Positions 20,493 to 31,096 of a stretch of DNA of 64,000 nucleotides are shown here, one piece after another (position 1 is the stretch's first letter; every line of letters starts with the position of its first letter). Position numbers and translations under genes: made by a program. The notes beneath the pieces were generated by a model. That model had not been told where the DNA came from, ran no database searches, and was given only the letters and a program-made list of their open reading frames with translations. Source of the DNA: an uncultured Candidatus Peribacteria bacterium (GTDB lineage: Bacteria; Patescibacteriota; Gracilibacteria; RBG-16-42-10); assembly GCA_964514565.1 (NCBI GenBank), contig CAZERA010000002.1:62001-126000 (forward strand), written 5' to 3'.

Positions 20493-21607
20493 AATTGCTT
20501 AGTATCATCAATCATCCTCTTTGTATACAACTCCTCATATTTTTGCAAAGCAGTCTCCCAACTGAATGCTTTGTATGTTAGCGCTACAAATTCGCCATTC
20601 ACAGCTGCATTAAGCGCCCTAACCCAATCATCTACTGAGCCAGGCAGAGCAAATACCACCTTTCCAGAAACTACTTCAGGCAAAGCTCCGGCCTGACTCA
20701 CGACCATCGGGATTTGCATAGCAGCAGTCTCAGCAGCAAAGAAACAAAACTCTTCTGTCAAAGATGGGACCACCACAACATCCGCCATTGCCAAATATCG
20801 TGGCATGTCACTATGCGGCACAGGATCTATTACCAAGACACTATTGGTCAATTTATTTTCCTGAATAAAATTGATCACACGCTGATACTCCCGTTTAGAA
20901 TCTTTGGCCAACATCAATACCAACCGAATTTCAGCAGCACTTTTCTTAAAAGCCTGTAGTAAAGTCTCAATCCCCTTCATCCGACTAGGACGCCCCGAAA
21001 ATAAAAACACCTTTTCAGAATCATCAATGCCCAACTTTCTACGGTCAATACTATTCCGCGGTTGAGCATGAAAAAGAGTGGGATCAATACCATGATAAAT
21101 CACACTAACTTTTTCTTTACTAATACCCAATTTAAATAAATTATTAGCAGTAAATTGAGACGGCACTACATAATGATCAAACTTCTTACTAAAAAGCCTA
21201 GTCTCATACCTATGACATAAAAGCGCGATAAACCAGGTCAGCCCTAATTTAAACCACACCTCACGCAAATACCCATGAACCAGAAGTATTACTGGGATAG
21301 ACAGCTTTCTCTTTATTTTAGCACCAAGAAAACCAGCACTATATGTAGAAACTTGGACCAAATCACTTTCTAAAGCCAAAGCATAAGCAATTTTTTCTGC
21401 TTGCCAAGGAAACGTAAGACGATTAAGAGTTTTGATTCTAATTACACGCACGCCATTAATCACCTCTTCTAGCTGTACTGCAGCAGCTGCTTGCGTCAGC
21501 ACAGTTACATCATGTTTTTCAGCTAAGGATTCAGCCAACTTTTGGTGAACTACTTCAGCGCCACCAATATAAGGATAATAATAATCAACAATAAAAAGAA
21601 TTTTCAT
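20489..21607 (-). CDS. Glycosyltransferase family 4
   Basis: YPYIGGAE, GR...KG, PSLTEEFCFFAAE. Confidence 0.9.
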   Translation of the reverse strand: MKILFIVDYYYPYIGGAEVVHQKLAESLAEKHDVTVLTQAAAAVQLEEVINGVRVIRIKTLNRLTFPWQAEKIAYALALESDLVQVSTYSAGFLGAKIKRKLSIPVILLVHGYLREVWFKLGLTWFIALLCHRYETRLFSKKFDHYVVPSQFTANNLFKLGISKEKVSVIYHGIDPTLFHAQPRNSIDRRKLGIDDSEKVFLFSGRPSRMKGIETLLQAFKKSAAEIRLVLMLAKDSKREYQRVINFIQENKLTNSVLVIDPVPHSDMPRYLAMADVVVVPSLTEEFCFFAAETAAMQIPMVVSQAGALPEVVSGKVVFALPGSVDDWVRALNAAVNGEFVALTYKAFSWETALQKYEELYTKRMIDDTKQL

Positions 21608-22968
21608 AGTTTCTTCGCCTCAAAATGTTTATACCAAAATTGCCACGTAAGTAGTAACCAAATCACAAAAACAAAATAAAAGGTAACATTATGTTTAGCA
21701 AACTCATTCCATCCGTCTCCTACAAAACTAATCATCAACTGCAAAGGCAAAAAGAACGGTAATGCTATCAACAATAGTCCTTCTGAAGTCCAACCATATT
21801 TCTTACGCCAAAGTACAATAGCTTGAATAAAAGCTATTATCAGTCCTGGCAGCAGAATAAATGGCAAGATCTTCTGCCAAAAAGAGGTAATCTTTGTTTC
21901 TAAAATGAAACTAGGAGAAAAGTCTACGCTTCTATTGCCCAAGTTATCAGGCCGTGGCTCAGCTACAAGCTGATGAATAAGTTCAATCCCCTTCTCTGCC
22001 ACAATACCAGGATGGGTGAAATAATATTCAATGATGCCGCCATGACTTACCTTGCTATAAAAATCTTTTTTCACTGCATCAGAGAACCCAGCGGCCTGCC
22101 AAAAATCTTGACCTACATAGTGATAATAAATAGGCATCTCTAGGTGGAAATCACGCAAAATCTGAGAAGTATCCTGATTACGAATCAACCCTTGGAAAAA
22201 GCTATTGAATACATTGGGACTATTACTTTCTCCTTGAGAAATATTTTGAACACTGAGCACCAAACCACAAGCAAAAATCACAGCTACTGTTCTCAAAGCT
22301 TTACCAGCTCGATGCCAGTACTTGATTAACAAAAGCCCCAAAAGCAACAAAAATGACACATTAGAAATCTTGGAAAGTCCAATCCCAACTATCATCAGCC
22401 ATTCCCACCAAAAGTGTACTTTTTTACTTTGAAAGAGCGCAATAAAGAAAAGCAAAAAAATAAAGGTAGCACTCTCTTGATAAAATGAATTGAAATAAGC
22501 AGTAAACAAAATATCAGAGAGAAACAAAAGTGATATCACCGAAAAGATAATGACCGAGAAGAAGGTCTTATGATCTGCATTTTTAATAAAAAGATAATAA
22601 GCCCATGTATAAAACATACAATGAACCAAACCAAGTATAAGCAAAGGAAATACCGGCCAATGCAACAGCCAAGTAATGACATATGCTAGTCCCACAAATA
22701 AAGCACCAGAACTCACTACCTCTATATGCCATGGCAGGCTCTTGATAAACACTAAACTTATATGATCATAGTAGTAGGCCCCACTAGCATCGGGATAAGC
22801 CAAACCAAAAGGATCCATTAGTCTCCAATAATCATGATTGTCAGCTAATCCAAGTGGCAGTGGAAAAATCAAAGTGCTAATCAAAACCAACAAAAACAGT
22901 CCCGCCCCTAAAAGAGCAGCGATTCGAAGGAGATGCGGATGATTTACAACTTTGATTGATCGGAACAT
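21604..22968 (-). CDS. Membrane glycosyltransferase, WsfD-like (GT-C)
   Basis: GLADNHDYWRL, YFNSFYQE and GDG...KH motifs; multi-pass membrane protein. Confidence 0.65.
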   Translation of the reverse strand: MFRSIKVVNHPHLLRIAALLGAGLFLLVLISTLIFPLPLGLADNHDYWRLMDPFGLAYPDASGAYYYDHISLVFIKSLPWHIEVVSSGALFVGLAYVITWLLHWPVFPLLILGLVHCMFYTWAYYLFIKNADHKTFFSVIIFSVISLLFLSDILFTAYFNSFYQESATFIFLLFFIALFQSKKVHFWWEWLMIVGIGLSKISNVSFLLLLGLLLIKYWHRAGKALRTVAVIFACGLVLSVQNISQGESNSPNVFNSFFQGLIRNQDTSQILRDFHLEMPIYYHYVGQDFWQAAGFSDAVKKDFYSKVSHGGIIEYYFTHPGIVAEKGIELIHQLVAEPRPDNLGNRSVDFSPSFILETKITSFWQKILPFILLPGLIIAFIQAIVLWRKKYGWTSEGLLLIALPFFLPLQLMISFVGDGWNEFAKHNVTFYFVFVIWLLLTWQFWYKHFEAKKL

Positions 22969-23291
22969 TGGGGATCTTTCAAGGCGACATCACGTACGAC
23001 TCTGGTCAGACGCATTTCTAATACTTCACAAGCAAGAATCAGCTGGAATACAATAAAGAAGAGCACAGCAATTGAAGAAAAGATAATGACATTGAGACCA
23101 GATTTAATACCCAAGAAACCAGAAAGACCTTCCACTGAAGATGGCCATAGACCAACGACAGCAAATGTACTCCAAATCACCACCCACAAAAGTAATTCAC
23201 GCCAGGTCTTCTCACCGCGTCGGAAACGAGAAAACGCTTTCGCAATCATGATCAAACCAAGTATTGGAGCTAGGATATTCAGTAAAAGCAT
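22944..23291 (-). CDS. DUF2304 family small membrane protein
   Basis: Three TM helices and LTRVVRDVAL tail; directly downstream of a DPM1-like GT2, the usual pairing. Confidence 0.85.
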   Translation of the reverse strand: MLLLNILAPILGLIMIAKAFSRFRRGEKTWRELLLWVVIWSTFAVVGLWPSSVEGLSGFLGIKSGLNVIIFSSIAVLFFIVFQLILACEVLEMRLTRVVRDVALKDPQCSDQSKL

Positions 23292-23312
23292 AGTAACAAA
23301 ATTTAAATAACA

Positions 23313-23981
23313 TTAACGCATCAAGCTTCGCACAATCAACTTAAACATCGTAGTGATTCCTGTAGAAAGATTTTGTCCTTTGGCCAAAGTTTCCTGTGAG
23401 TAATACACCTTGATCGGATACTCACAATAAGCTAATCCTTCTGCAGCCACCTCTCTCACAATTTCACTACAAAATTCAAAACCGTTGGCAGTAATGGAAA
23501 TATGCGCCAGCGCATTCTTAGAAAACACCTTAAAACCAGATTGACTATCACTCAAATAAATCCCCGACAAGAAAAAAGTCAGAAGGTTCCCCGCCTGATT
23601 AGCCATTCTCCTGACGAGGGGTACTTTATTGGCCTGTAGAAATCTGCTTCCAAACACAATATCTTTTTTTTGCTTTACCAAAAAATCTACCATCAAGGGG
23701 AGGTCATTGGCTTCGTGTTGGCCATCAGCATCAAAAGTAGCCACATAATCAGCATCCAGCGTCCTTGCGTACTCTAGCCCCGTTTGAGTAGCCGCCCCAG
23801 GGCCACAGTTGATCATGTGACGAATCACTAACGCTCCAGCCTCACGAGCAACACGACTGGTTTGATCATGACTGCCATCATCTACCACAATCACAGCTGA
23901 AACAAATGGTTTCACTGCGGCAATTGTCCTGGCGATACGTAGCTCTTCATTGAGAGCGGGAATGACCACTACCAATTTCAT
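23313..23981 (-). CDS. GT2 polyprenol monophosphosugar synthase (DPM1-like)
   Basis: IPALNEE, VDDGSHD, TFDADGQH, GSRF, DSQSGFK. Confidence 0.92.
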   Translation of the reverse strand: MKLVVVIPALNEELRIARTIAAVKPFVSAVIVVDDGSHDQTSRVAREAGALVIRHMINCGPGAATQTGLEYARTLDADYVATFDADGQHEANDLPLMVDFLVKQKKDIVFGSRFLQANKVPLVRRMANQAGNLLTFFLSGIYLSDSQSGFKVFSKNALAHISITANGFEFCSEIVREVAAEGLAYCEYPIKVYYSQETLAKGQNLSTGITTMFKLIVRSLMR

Positions 23982-23984
23982 ACA

Positions 23985-26480
23985 CTAAAGGGCAATTTCA
24001 AATAAAATGATACCGTTACGATACTGAGCTTGATCCTTTGGTGCAATCACTTTTAAGTTTTTGAAGGCAAATTGCTTGAAACGATTGGTCTTACGATGCA
24101 ACGTACCTTGAGTATTCTGCTCAATTGTTTCGGTATTAGTATCATAGACAATATAATGAAAGCCCAGTGTACGTAATCGGTCGAGAGTACGTACATCATC
24201 TGTGCCATCACCATCAATACAACGGAAAGTATCCAGCTGAGCATCGTCATACACACGTTCACGGTTGTTATCAATAAAGTAATTAATAAACGTACCAATC
24301 CGATAAATGTAGTGTGGACTGGTCACTGTAGGCCCATCACTATTCAAGGCAGCAATAATGGCAGGATACGATTGATTGGTACTACGCAGAACATCTTGGG
24401 TACTCATAATCCCAAATGCATAAGCCATCTGGCCGGTATTAGCGAATTTAGCTTCACGCAGAAATCCAGTGCTTACTAAAGAAATAACAATTATCAAAGG
24501 TACAACATACTGCCCCAACCACATTTGTTTTTGGGCTAGTTCTTTTACTCTGACAATCAAAAGCAAGCCAGGTAAGAAACCGGCTAAGCCATACCAAGGA
24601 ACACCAGATGCGACAAACAACCAAAAATACCAAATCAAACAAAAACAAAGTAAGATATTTTGCCAAAAATGAGGCCAATCAGCTTTGCGCCAGAAAAGAA
24701 GTAGGAGTGGAATCAAGGCTAAAAACAGAAAACTAATATCAACATAAAACCCCGATTGGTTGATATTCATAGTTAAATCCCAAAAAACAGAGGTATATTT
24801 CTGTAGTAAGTTTGGTTCATTACCGATATAACGCCCCAGCTCTTCAGTGCCGCCGGTGTAAGTACAAACACTTGGGTTAACACTAATTTTATTCCAAGCT
24901 ATCTGTGGAGCAGGAGATGCACCACCATAAAATATCGTGGAAATAAAACTACTCACAGACAAAACTGGAGTATCGCTAATCACTTTAAAAGTCCACGGCA
25001 GCCAAATCACAAACATGCCTACAATCAAATAGGCAGAAGCACGTAACCATGACCGGTAAGCTTGTCTTTTAATTAAAGCAATAACTATAAACACCAATGC
25101 GATTGCGACTGAAATCCATACAATCCAAGAACGCCCAGTGGCAGGAATATCAGATACTGTCACAAACTGATAGAAGTACAAAGCATGCAATAGAAAACCT
25201 ACAGCCAAAGCCCACCACTTACTACCATAACGCCACCCCAATATAATGAGGATTGGAAATAAAGCTAATGCAGTAGTTATCTTTACCGCTAACGCTATTC
25301 CCCAGAAAACACCCGCCAGTCCCAACCACTGCACTGATTTCTTTCCTTCAGCATGCTGCTGTAGGGCCCTGAAAACAGTATAAAAACCAATAACAATAAA
25401 GAAAAACAACGGCGGATCCAGCTTCATATCAGCAAACGACTGATGCATGATCATGGGTAAACCATACATAATAGCAGCCATCACAATACCAGCTTCGCTG
25501 CTAACGAACTTCTTCCCAAGTAAGTACACCGCCCACAGCCCCAATATTCCTCCCCACCAAGCTAGAAACATTGCCCAGGTAGCTGAGTTAGCAACCAAGT
25601 AGCCTAAACTAGTAATGAGCATATATGCCTGCCCAGTATAGCCTTTGAGCAAAGCCCCCTTCATTGCTATCTGGCGAGGAAAATTCATATACACGCCCAA
25701 ATCATCCCAGCCAATCGGAAAAGGACGAATCAAATCAATGATATTAAATCCAATAATCGTAAAAAGAATCAAACACCACACCCAATTCATCTTACGGTAA
25801 GAAAAACTAATGGTGACTTCTTGCCAAAGGAAATCATTAACCACAGATCGCCAAGCTGTCCAAATAAAAATAACCGAGCCCAGACCAAGGATCCCTACAA
25901 CTAGGAGGTTAAAAAGTCCAAGCAACCCGAGTCCGGCCAACAAAGTAATTAGTAGTGTTAAGCCTAACGCCACACCCAAAACCATCCGCTCCAATCTACT
26001 TTCAAACTCCCAGCCCAATAAACCAAACACTCGATAACCAATTCCTGCTACTACTAGAGTAAGACCAGTGAGGAAAAGCAAAATGGGAAAAGCATAACTC
26101 CAAAATGACCATAGAGCGCCAGTCCAGGTCAAATCCACAGCTGCTCTTTGAGTCAGCTGGCTGATAAAGCTCACCGTAAAAGGCGACATGGCATAATAAA
26201 TCACCAAGATCACACTAATAAAAAGCATTCCCCATAGCCAAAGACTGTACGGACGGACCTCTCTAGTCACCACTTCGTCATTTTTGTTCATGTAGTTGGC
26301 AAAAGACCAACCAGCAATGAGAAATAATCCAGCAAGCAATACTGGTAGCAAAATACCTTTATTGTTGAAGACCGCATCAAAGTAACCAATATGGTGTTGG
26401 AAATAAGACAACATAATTGTTGCCACAAAACCAACTCCCACCATCAAACGAACTATCTGAGCCATCAATGCTTTTTTCAT
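23985..26480 (-). CDS. Large multi-pass membrane glycosyltransferase (GT-C, ArnT/PMT-like)
   Basis: Many TM segments and a PIGWDDLGVY acidic loop typical of the GT-C first external loop. Confidence 0.65.
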   Translation of the reverse strand: MKKALMAQIVRLMVGVGFVATIMLSYFQHHIGYFDAVFNNKGILLPVLLAGLFLIAGWSFANYMNKNDEVVTREVRPYSLWLWGMLFISVILVIYYAMSPFTVSFISQLTQRAAVDLTWTGALWSFWSYAFPILLFLTGLTLVVAGIGYRVFGLLGWEFESRLERMVLGVALGLTLLITLLAGLGLLGLFNLLVVGILGLGSVIFIWTAWRSVVNDFLWQEVTISFSYRKMNWVWCLILFTIIGFNIIDLIRPFPIGWDDLGVYMNFPRQIAMKGALLKGYTGQAYMLITSLGYLVANSATWAMFLAWWGGILGLWAVYLLGKKFVSSEAGIVMAAIMYGLPMIMHQSFADMKLDPPLFFFIVIGFYTVFRALQQHAEGKKSVQWLGLAGVFWGIALAVKITTALALFPILIILGWRYGSKWWALAVGFLLHALYFYQFVTVSDIPATGRSWIVWISVAIALVFIVIALIKRQAYRSWLRASAYLIVGMFVIWLPWTFKVISDTPVLSVSSFISTIFYGGASPAPQIAWNKISVNPSVCTYTGGTEELGRYIGNEPNLLQKYTSVFWDLTMNINQSGFYVDISFLFLALIPLLLLFWRKADWPHFWQNILLCFCLIWYFWLFVASGVPWYGLAGFLPGLLLIVRVKELAQKQMWLGQYVVPLIIVISLVSTGFLREAKFANTGQMAYAFGIMSTQDVLRSTNQSYPAIIAALNSDGPTVTSPHYIYRIGTFINYFIDNNRERVYDDAQLDTFRCIDGDGTDDVRTLDRLRTLGFHYIVYDTNTETIEQNTQGTLHRKTNRFKQFAFKNLKVIAPKDQAQYRNGIILFEIAL

Positions 26481-26524
26481 GAGAATAAACACAATTCGCG
26501 AGCAGTATAGTTTACCCTTACAGG

Positions 26525-26614
26525 GAAGTAAAAGCGAAGATGGAAGAGGTAAAAAGTTGTTTAGCTAACACATCTTTTTTAAAAAAAGATAAGAGCTTTT
26601 GACTCTTACCTTTT
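26525..26614. repeat. Gene-less heptamer inverted-repeat element (AGGTAAG/CTTACCT type)
   Basis: Purine arm GAAGTAAAAGCGAAGATGGAAGAGGTAAAAAGTTG and pyrimidine arm CTTTTGACTCTTACCTTTT. Confidence 0.6.
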
Positions 26615-26635
26615 AAAATACCGTCGGACTAGAAT

Positions 26636-26926
26636 TTACTTCTTCTTACCCTTTACCTCTTTAGTTGGTTCTTTAGAAGCAGAACGAGCTAAGCTTGCTT
26701 TCTTGCGAGCAGCACTGTTTGCAGAGATTACGTTTTTCTTAGCAGCCATATCAAGAGCTTTGAACGCAGCTGGCAATTCCTTTTGCGCATCGCTCATCTT
26801 ATTGGCAGCAATTAACTGCTTCACTTCTTTTACTTTGCCTTTGAAAGACTCTTTAGTCTTCAAGTTAACTAAACGTTTACGTTCACTAGAGCGAACATTT
26901 TTGAATACAGACTTGATTACTGGCAT
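26636..26926 (-). CDS. rpsT: 30S ribosomal protein S20
   Basis: MPVIKSVFKNVRSSERKR...LDMAAKKNVISANSAARKKASL. Confidence 0.95.
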   Translation of the reverse strand: MPVIKSVFKNVRSSERKRLVNLKTKESFKGKVKEVKQLIAANKMSDAQKELPAAFKALDMAAKKNVISANSAARKKASLARSASKEPTKEVKGKKK

Positions 26927-27017
26927 AAAAACTAAATACAAAAAATCACGAGCAAGCTACATTATGTTAGTTGTTATTGTCAATTTTCAGAGACAGTATC
27001 CTGTCTTGATGAACAAA

Positions 27018-27138
27018 GAAGGTAAAAATGAAGAAGTAAGAGGTAAAAAGTTGATTAACTATTAGTTCACATGCATGAAGAAAAATAAGAATTCTCAGCA
27101 GCTACATTTCTTACCTCTTCCATCTTACCTTTTATCTC
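27018..27138. repeat. Gene-less heptamer inverted-repeat element
   Basis: GAAGGTAAAAATGAAGAAGTAAGAGGTAAAAAGTTG ... CATTTCTTACCTCTTCCATCTTACCTTTTATCTC. Confidence 0.75.
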
Positions 27139-27174
27139 CCAAGCAATTTGGTTATATTGATAACCGTGAACTCA

Positions 27175-27203
27175 TTGACATTAAAGGTAACTCGTTTCAT
27201 AAT
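27175..27203 (+). promoter_or_regulatory. Sigma70-type promoter for the nrnA-murB operon
   Basis: TTGACA-17 nt-CATAAT, about 40 nt upstream of ATG 27243. Confidence 0.65.
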
Positions 27204-27242
27204 ATACAGATAACTAAAAAGTAACTCGTCTAACAAAACAAC

Positions 27243-28820
27243 ATGGCTACCAATGATATCTTGGCACAAATTCAGACACTTTTAGCTGATGCAAACAACA
27301 TCTTGCTTATTTCCCATGCCTCAATCGATGGGGATGGCGCCGGTAGCGGACTGGGTTTACAGATGGCTTTGACCAAAATGGGCAAGAAAGTAACTTTTTA
27401 TTCTCGCAACCCTGTGCCTGAAGTTTTCAGCTTCTTACCTGGAGTAAAAACGATTTCTAACGAATTCAGTCTTCACCGAGATTTTATTATACAGATCGAC
27501 ACTACCCAGACCAAAGTAGAAAATGTGCGAACTGAAAAAGAAGACAATCATCTCAAACTCGTAATCACACCAAAAGACGGGAGCCTAAGCAAAGATGACA
27601 TTACCTTTATCAGTGGAGGAAAAAGTTTCGACTTAATCTTTACTCTGGATACATCAAACCTAGAATACACAGGACTAATGAATGGACCTCAAGCGGAGTT
27701 ATTTTATGAGACACCGATCATTAATATTGATCATCACATTACAAATGAACAATATGGCAAGATCAATCTTGTCGATATCAACGCTACTTCTACAGCAGAG
27801 CTAGTATTAGGAGTAATCGAACATCTTGAAAAAACACAACCGCTGATGGATGAAGACATCGCGACATGCTTACTCAGTGGAGTAGTTGTGGATACTGGTA
27901 GTTTCCAAAATGCCAACACTACACCAAAAGCTTTTGCAGTAGCTGCTAGGCTATTGGCCGCTGGAGCTCGTCAGCAAGAGATTGTCCGTCATTTGTTCAA
28001 GATGCATGAGCTTTCTACCCTCAAATTATGGGGACGTACCCTATCAAAACTAGAACATGACCCAGAGCTCAGAATTGCTTGGACCAGTGTCAGTAAAACT
28101 GATTTCACTGAGACTGATGCTAGTGAACAAGAACTTGATGGGTTGATGGATCAGCTTATTACCAGCGCATCCGATGCGGACATTGTCTTTTTGATCAGAG
28201 AAACTCAAGAAGGTGATGTTAAGGTCAGCCTTCGCTCACTCAAGAACATTGATATCACACCAATCGTCCTACCATTTGGTGGTGGAGGTCACCAACGCGC
28301 AGCTGGATTTAAGATTAGCAACAGCACACTAGAAAAAGTAAAAAGTCTAGTAGTAGACAGCGTCAAAGACTTTATGAAAGATTACTTAGAACGCACCAAG
28401 AAACCAAGTTCTCCCGTCAGTTTTTCTCCTGTTGGGTCCACTATCAAACAAACTCCAAGTACTGAGGAGGCAAAACCAACCGAAGAAAAGCTAGAGACAA
28501 AGGTTGAACCAACAATGCCTAGTACACCTGAGGTAGAAAGAAAACCCGAACCAGCACCAATTTCTGAACCGATAGTAAACACCGTAGTAACAGATCAAAG
28601 TACTGGCTTCCCACCATCTGGCATCAGTACTACTCAACAACAAGCAATGGCTAGCAGTTATACAGAAAAAACCGATGCAGTTCCCAGTGAGTTTTTGGGA
28701 TATAGTGAGCCAAAATCAGCAGAAAACAGCATCTTGGAAGAAAAGAATGTACTGACTCCTCAAGAAAAAGAAGTACAATCATTCGTACAACCTACCAATG
28801 AAGCTCCAAGCGCCCAATAA
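27243..28820 (+). CDS. nrnA: DHH/DHHA1 phosphoesterase (NrnA-like) with low-complexity P/T/E tail
   Basis: HASIDGD, INIDHH, DTGSF, SLRS, GGGGHQRAAG. Confidence 0.88.
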   Translation: MATNDILAQIQTLLADANNILLISHASIDGDGAGSGLGLQMALTKMGKKVTFYSRNPVPEVFSFLPGVKTISNEFSLHRDFIIQIDTTQTKVENVRTEKEDNHLKLVITPKDGSLSKDDITFISGGKSFDLIFTLDTSNLEYTGLMNGPQAELFYETPIINIDHHITNEQYGKINLVDINATSTAELVLGVIEHLEKTQPLMDEDIATCLLSGVVVDTGSFQNANTTPKAFAVAARLLAAGARQQEIVRHLFKMHELSTLKLWGRTLSKLEHDPELRIAWTSVSKTDFTETDASEQELDGLMDQLITSASDADIVFLIRETQEGDVKVSLRSLKNIDITPIVLPFGGGGHQRAAGFKISNSTLEKVKSLVVDSVKDFMKDYLERTKKPSSPVSFSPVGSTIKQTPSTEEAKPTEEKLETKVEPTMPSTPEVERKPEPAPISEPIVNTVVTDQSTGFPPSGISTTQQQAMASSYTEKTDAVPSEFLGYSEPKSAENSILEEKNVLTPQEKEVQSFVQPTNEAPSAQ

Positions 28821-28964
28821 TCTGAGCGCAATCAACATCGATTAGCAAGAAGATTTAAATCTTCAAATACAGCTTTGATTGTTCATTCAATCAGGCTGTA
28901 TTTGATTTTAGCGCCACAATTCTGCATGCTACCTACAAGCAAGAAGCAGGACTATCAACCATTT

Positions 28965-29825
28965 ATGGATCTTCAAGAAAATGTCAGCCTCAAAATATTC
29001 AATTCCTTTCATACAGGCGGCCCAGCTCAGTATTTCGTAGAAGTAAAAACAAGCGAAGCAGCGGTAGAAGCACTCAATTACGCCAAGGAGCATAATCTAC
29101 CAGTACTTTTCCTGGGTGGTGGCACAAATGTGCTTTTCCCTGATGAAGGAATCAAGGGATTGGTAATTAAAAATAGTATCAACTTTATCAATACTATTGA
29201 TGATACGCACTTATCGGTTGGGGCTGGCGTGTATACGACTACATTGGCACAGCACTGCCTCAAGCTCAAGCTTTCAGGTATAGAAGCCTTATTCGGATTA
29301 CCAGGTACTATTGGTGGAGCTATTCGAGGCAATGCAGGCACACTTGGCACTGAAATCAAAGACGTGATTATCGATGTCACCATGCTTGATGAAAACAATC
29401 AACTCAAAACCTATCCAGCTAGTTACTTTGAGTTTGCGTACCGAGAAAGCATTCTCAAAAGAATCCCAGCTTTTATTACTCATTGTACTATTGCTCTTTC
29501 ACCTGGAGACGAACTAGCAATCCAAGCAAAAATGACTGAAACCAAAAACTGGCGTAGAGACAAACAACCAGGTGGATTTACAGCTGGATCATATTTCAAA
29601 AATCCGCCAGGTACATCAGCGGGTGCATTAATTGATCAAGCAGGACTGCGAGGCTTTGCTCTGGGTCCAGCACAAGTTTCTCCAAAACACGCAAACTTCC
29701 TCACCAATACTGGTAAGGCTACAACCAAAGATGTTATGATCCTGGCAGCCCATGTCCAAAAAGTAGTTTATGAGAAATTTGGAATCGAGCTCGAAGAAGA
29801 AGTGAAGATTATCTACCATTCCTAA
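28965..29825 (+). CDS. murB: UDP-N-acetylmuramate dehydrogenase
   Basis: GGPA, LGGGTNVL, PGTIGGAIRGNAG, AGSYFKNP, HANF, LEEEV. Confidence 0.97.
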   Translation: MDLQENVSLKIFNSFHTGGPAQYFVEVKTSEAAVEALNYAKEHNLPVLFLGGGTNVLFPDEGIKGLVIKNSINFINTIDDTHLSVGAGVYTTTLAQHCLKLKLSGIEALFGLPGTIGGAIRGNAGTLGTEIKDVIIDVTMLDENNQLKTYPASYFEFAYRESILKRIPAFITHCTIALSPGDELAIQAKMTETKNWRRDKQPGGFTAGSYFKNPPGTSAGALIDQAGLRGFALGPAQVSPKHANFLTNTGKATTKDVMILAAHVQKVVYEKFGIELEEEVKIIYHS

Positions 29826-29835
29826 CCCCCTTTCT

Positions 29836-30156
29836 ATGATCATCCAAATCCGTGCCAAAGGTGTCCATATCGGAGACGACAGCAAAGACTACATAGAAAA
29901 GAAACTGGAAACTTTAAAAAAGTACTACAGCACAATCGACACCGATCAATCTCAGACGACGATCACTATTAGCGCCAATACTGAAAAATCTGGAGCTGCT
30001 ATCAATGTAGAAGTGCGCATTGTGGCTGGCAAGAAAACATTTATGGCTGAAGAAAAAGCAACCACCATCGAAGAAGGGGTGGACTTGGTACACGACAAGC
30101 TCAAGACCCAGCTACAACGCTACAAAGAGAAGAAGGTTGACCAACATGCTGAATAG
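29836..30156 (+). CDS. hpf: Ribosome hibernation promoting factor / RaiA
   Basis: YIEKKL...DLVHDKLKTQLQRYKEK pattern of the S30AE family. Confidence 0.85.
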   Translation: MIIQIRAKGVHIGDDSKDYIEKKLETLKKYYSTIDTDQSQTTITISANTEKSGAAINVEVRIVAGKKTFMAEEKATTIEEGVDLVHDKLKTQLQRYKEKKVDQHAE

Positions 30157-31096
30157 TTCCACTATTTTCCAAACCAAAATCTGGGAACAGTTTCAGGATG
30201 CTTTACCAGGAAGATTAGCAGGCCATATTACCCATGATTACAAAGACTTAGTATGGACTATTCTTCCTTCTGTACTAAAAAAGAAATATTTGTATATCAA
30301 TCATGGACCAGTAGATGGCAATTTAATTGAATATTGGCAAGAAATACTGACAGTTGCCAAAAAGCATCAGTGTACCTACATAAAGGTGGAGCCATTTGCA
30401 TTAGCAAACGATGTTTCTGCTCGTTTTGCCCAACTCAACCTCAAACCAAGTAATTACCATATCCAACCAAGTACCACTTTGGTTTTGGACCTCAAGCTCA
30501 CTACTGATGAGCTTTTAAAACAAATGAAGCCCAAAGGTCGCTACAACATTAAAATAGCGAGCAAACATGCCATTACTTACAAAGAGTTCGATGCCCAAAA
30601 CCCGACTTTAAAAGACGGATTAGATCAGTTTTATCAGTTGCTTGATACCACTGCTACTAGAGATCGTTTTGGCATTCACTCACGTGAGTATTACTCACTC
30701 TTCTTGGCGAAATTATTCCCGCATAGTAGGTTGTATCTTGCCTATCATGGTGACAAAGTAGTAGCAGGTTTGATCGCTCTGTTCTACCAAGAAGAGAGTA
30801 TCTACTACTATGGAGCATCATCCAATCAAGATCGCGAGACAATGGCGACCTACGGCTTACAATGGCATGTGATCCAAGCCGCCAAAGCATATGGAGCAAA
30901 AACATATGACTTCCTGGGCATAGCGCCCGAGAATGCGCCAGTGAGCCATCCTTGGCAGGGAGTCACCTCATTCAAAAAGAAATTTGGTGGAGAGGTAATT
31001 GAGTACATTGGCACCTTTCACTATGTTATTGACCCTCTAGCTTACTTCCTTATTCATGCGCCCAAAAAAATCCTCAACTACTGCTTCCGGCGTTAA
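30146..31096 (+). CDS. FemABX-family lipid II aminoacyltransferase (FemX-like)
   Basis: FQTKIW, GP, KGRYNIKIA, YYYGAS, YDFLG, GVTSFKKKFGG. Confidence 0.92.
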   Translation: MLNSSTIFQTKIWEQFQDALPGRLAGHITHDYKDLVWTILPSVLKKKYLYINHGPVDGNLIEYWQEILTVAKKHQCTYIKVEPFALANDVSARFAQLNLKPSNYHIQPSTTLVLDLKLTTDELLKQMKPKGRYNIKIASKHAITYKEFDAQNPTLKDGLDQFYQLLDTTATRDRFGIHSREYYSLFLAKLFPHSRLYLAYHGDKVVAGLIALFYQEESIYYYGASSNQDRETMATYGLQWHVIQAAKAYGAKTYDFLGIAPENAPVSHPWQGVTSFKKKFGGEVIEYIGTFHYVIDPLAYFLIHAPKKILNYCFRR

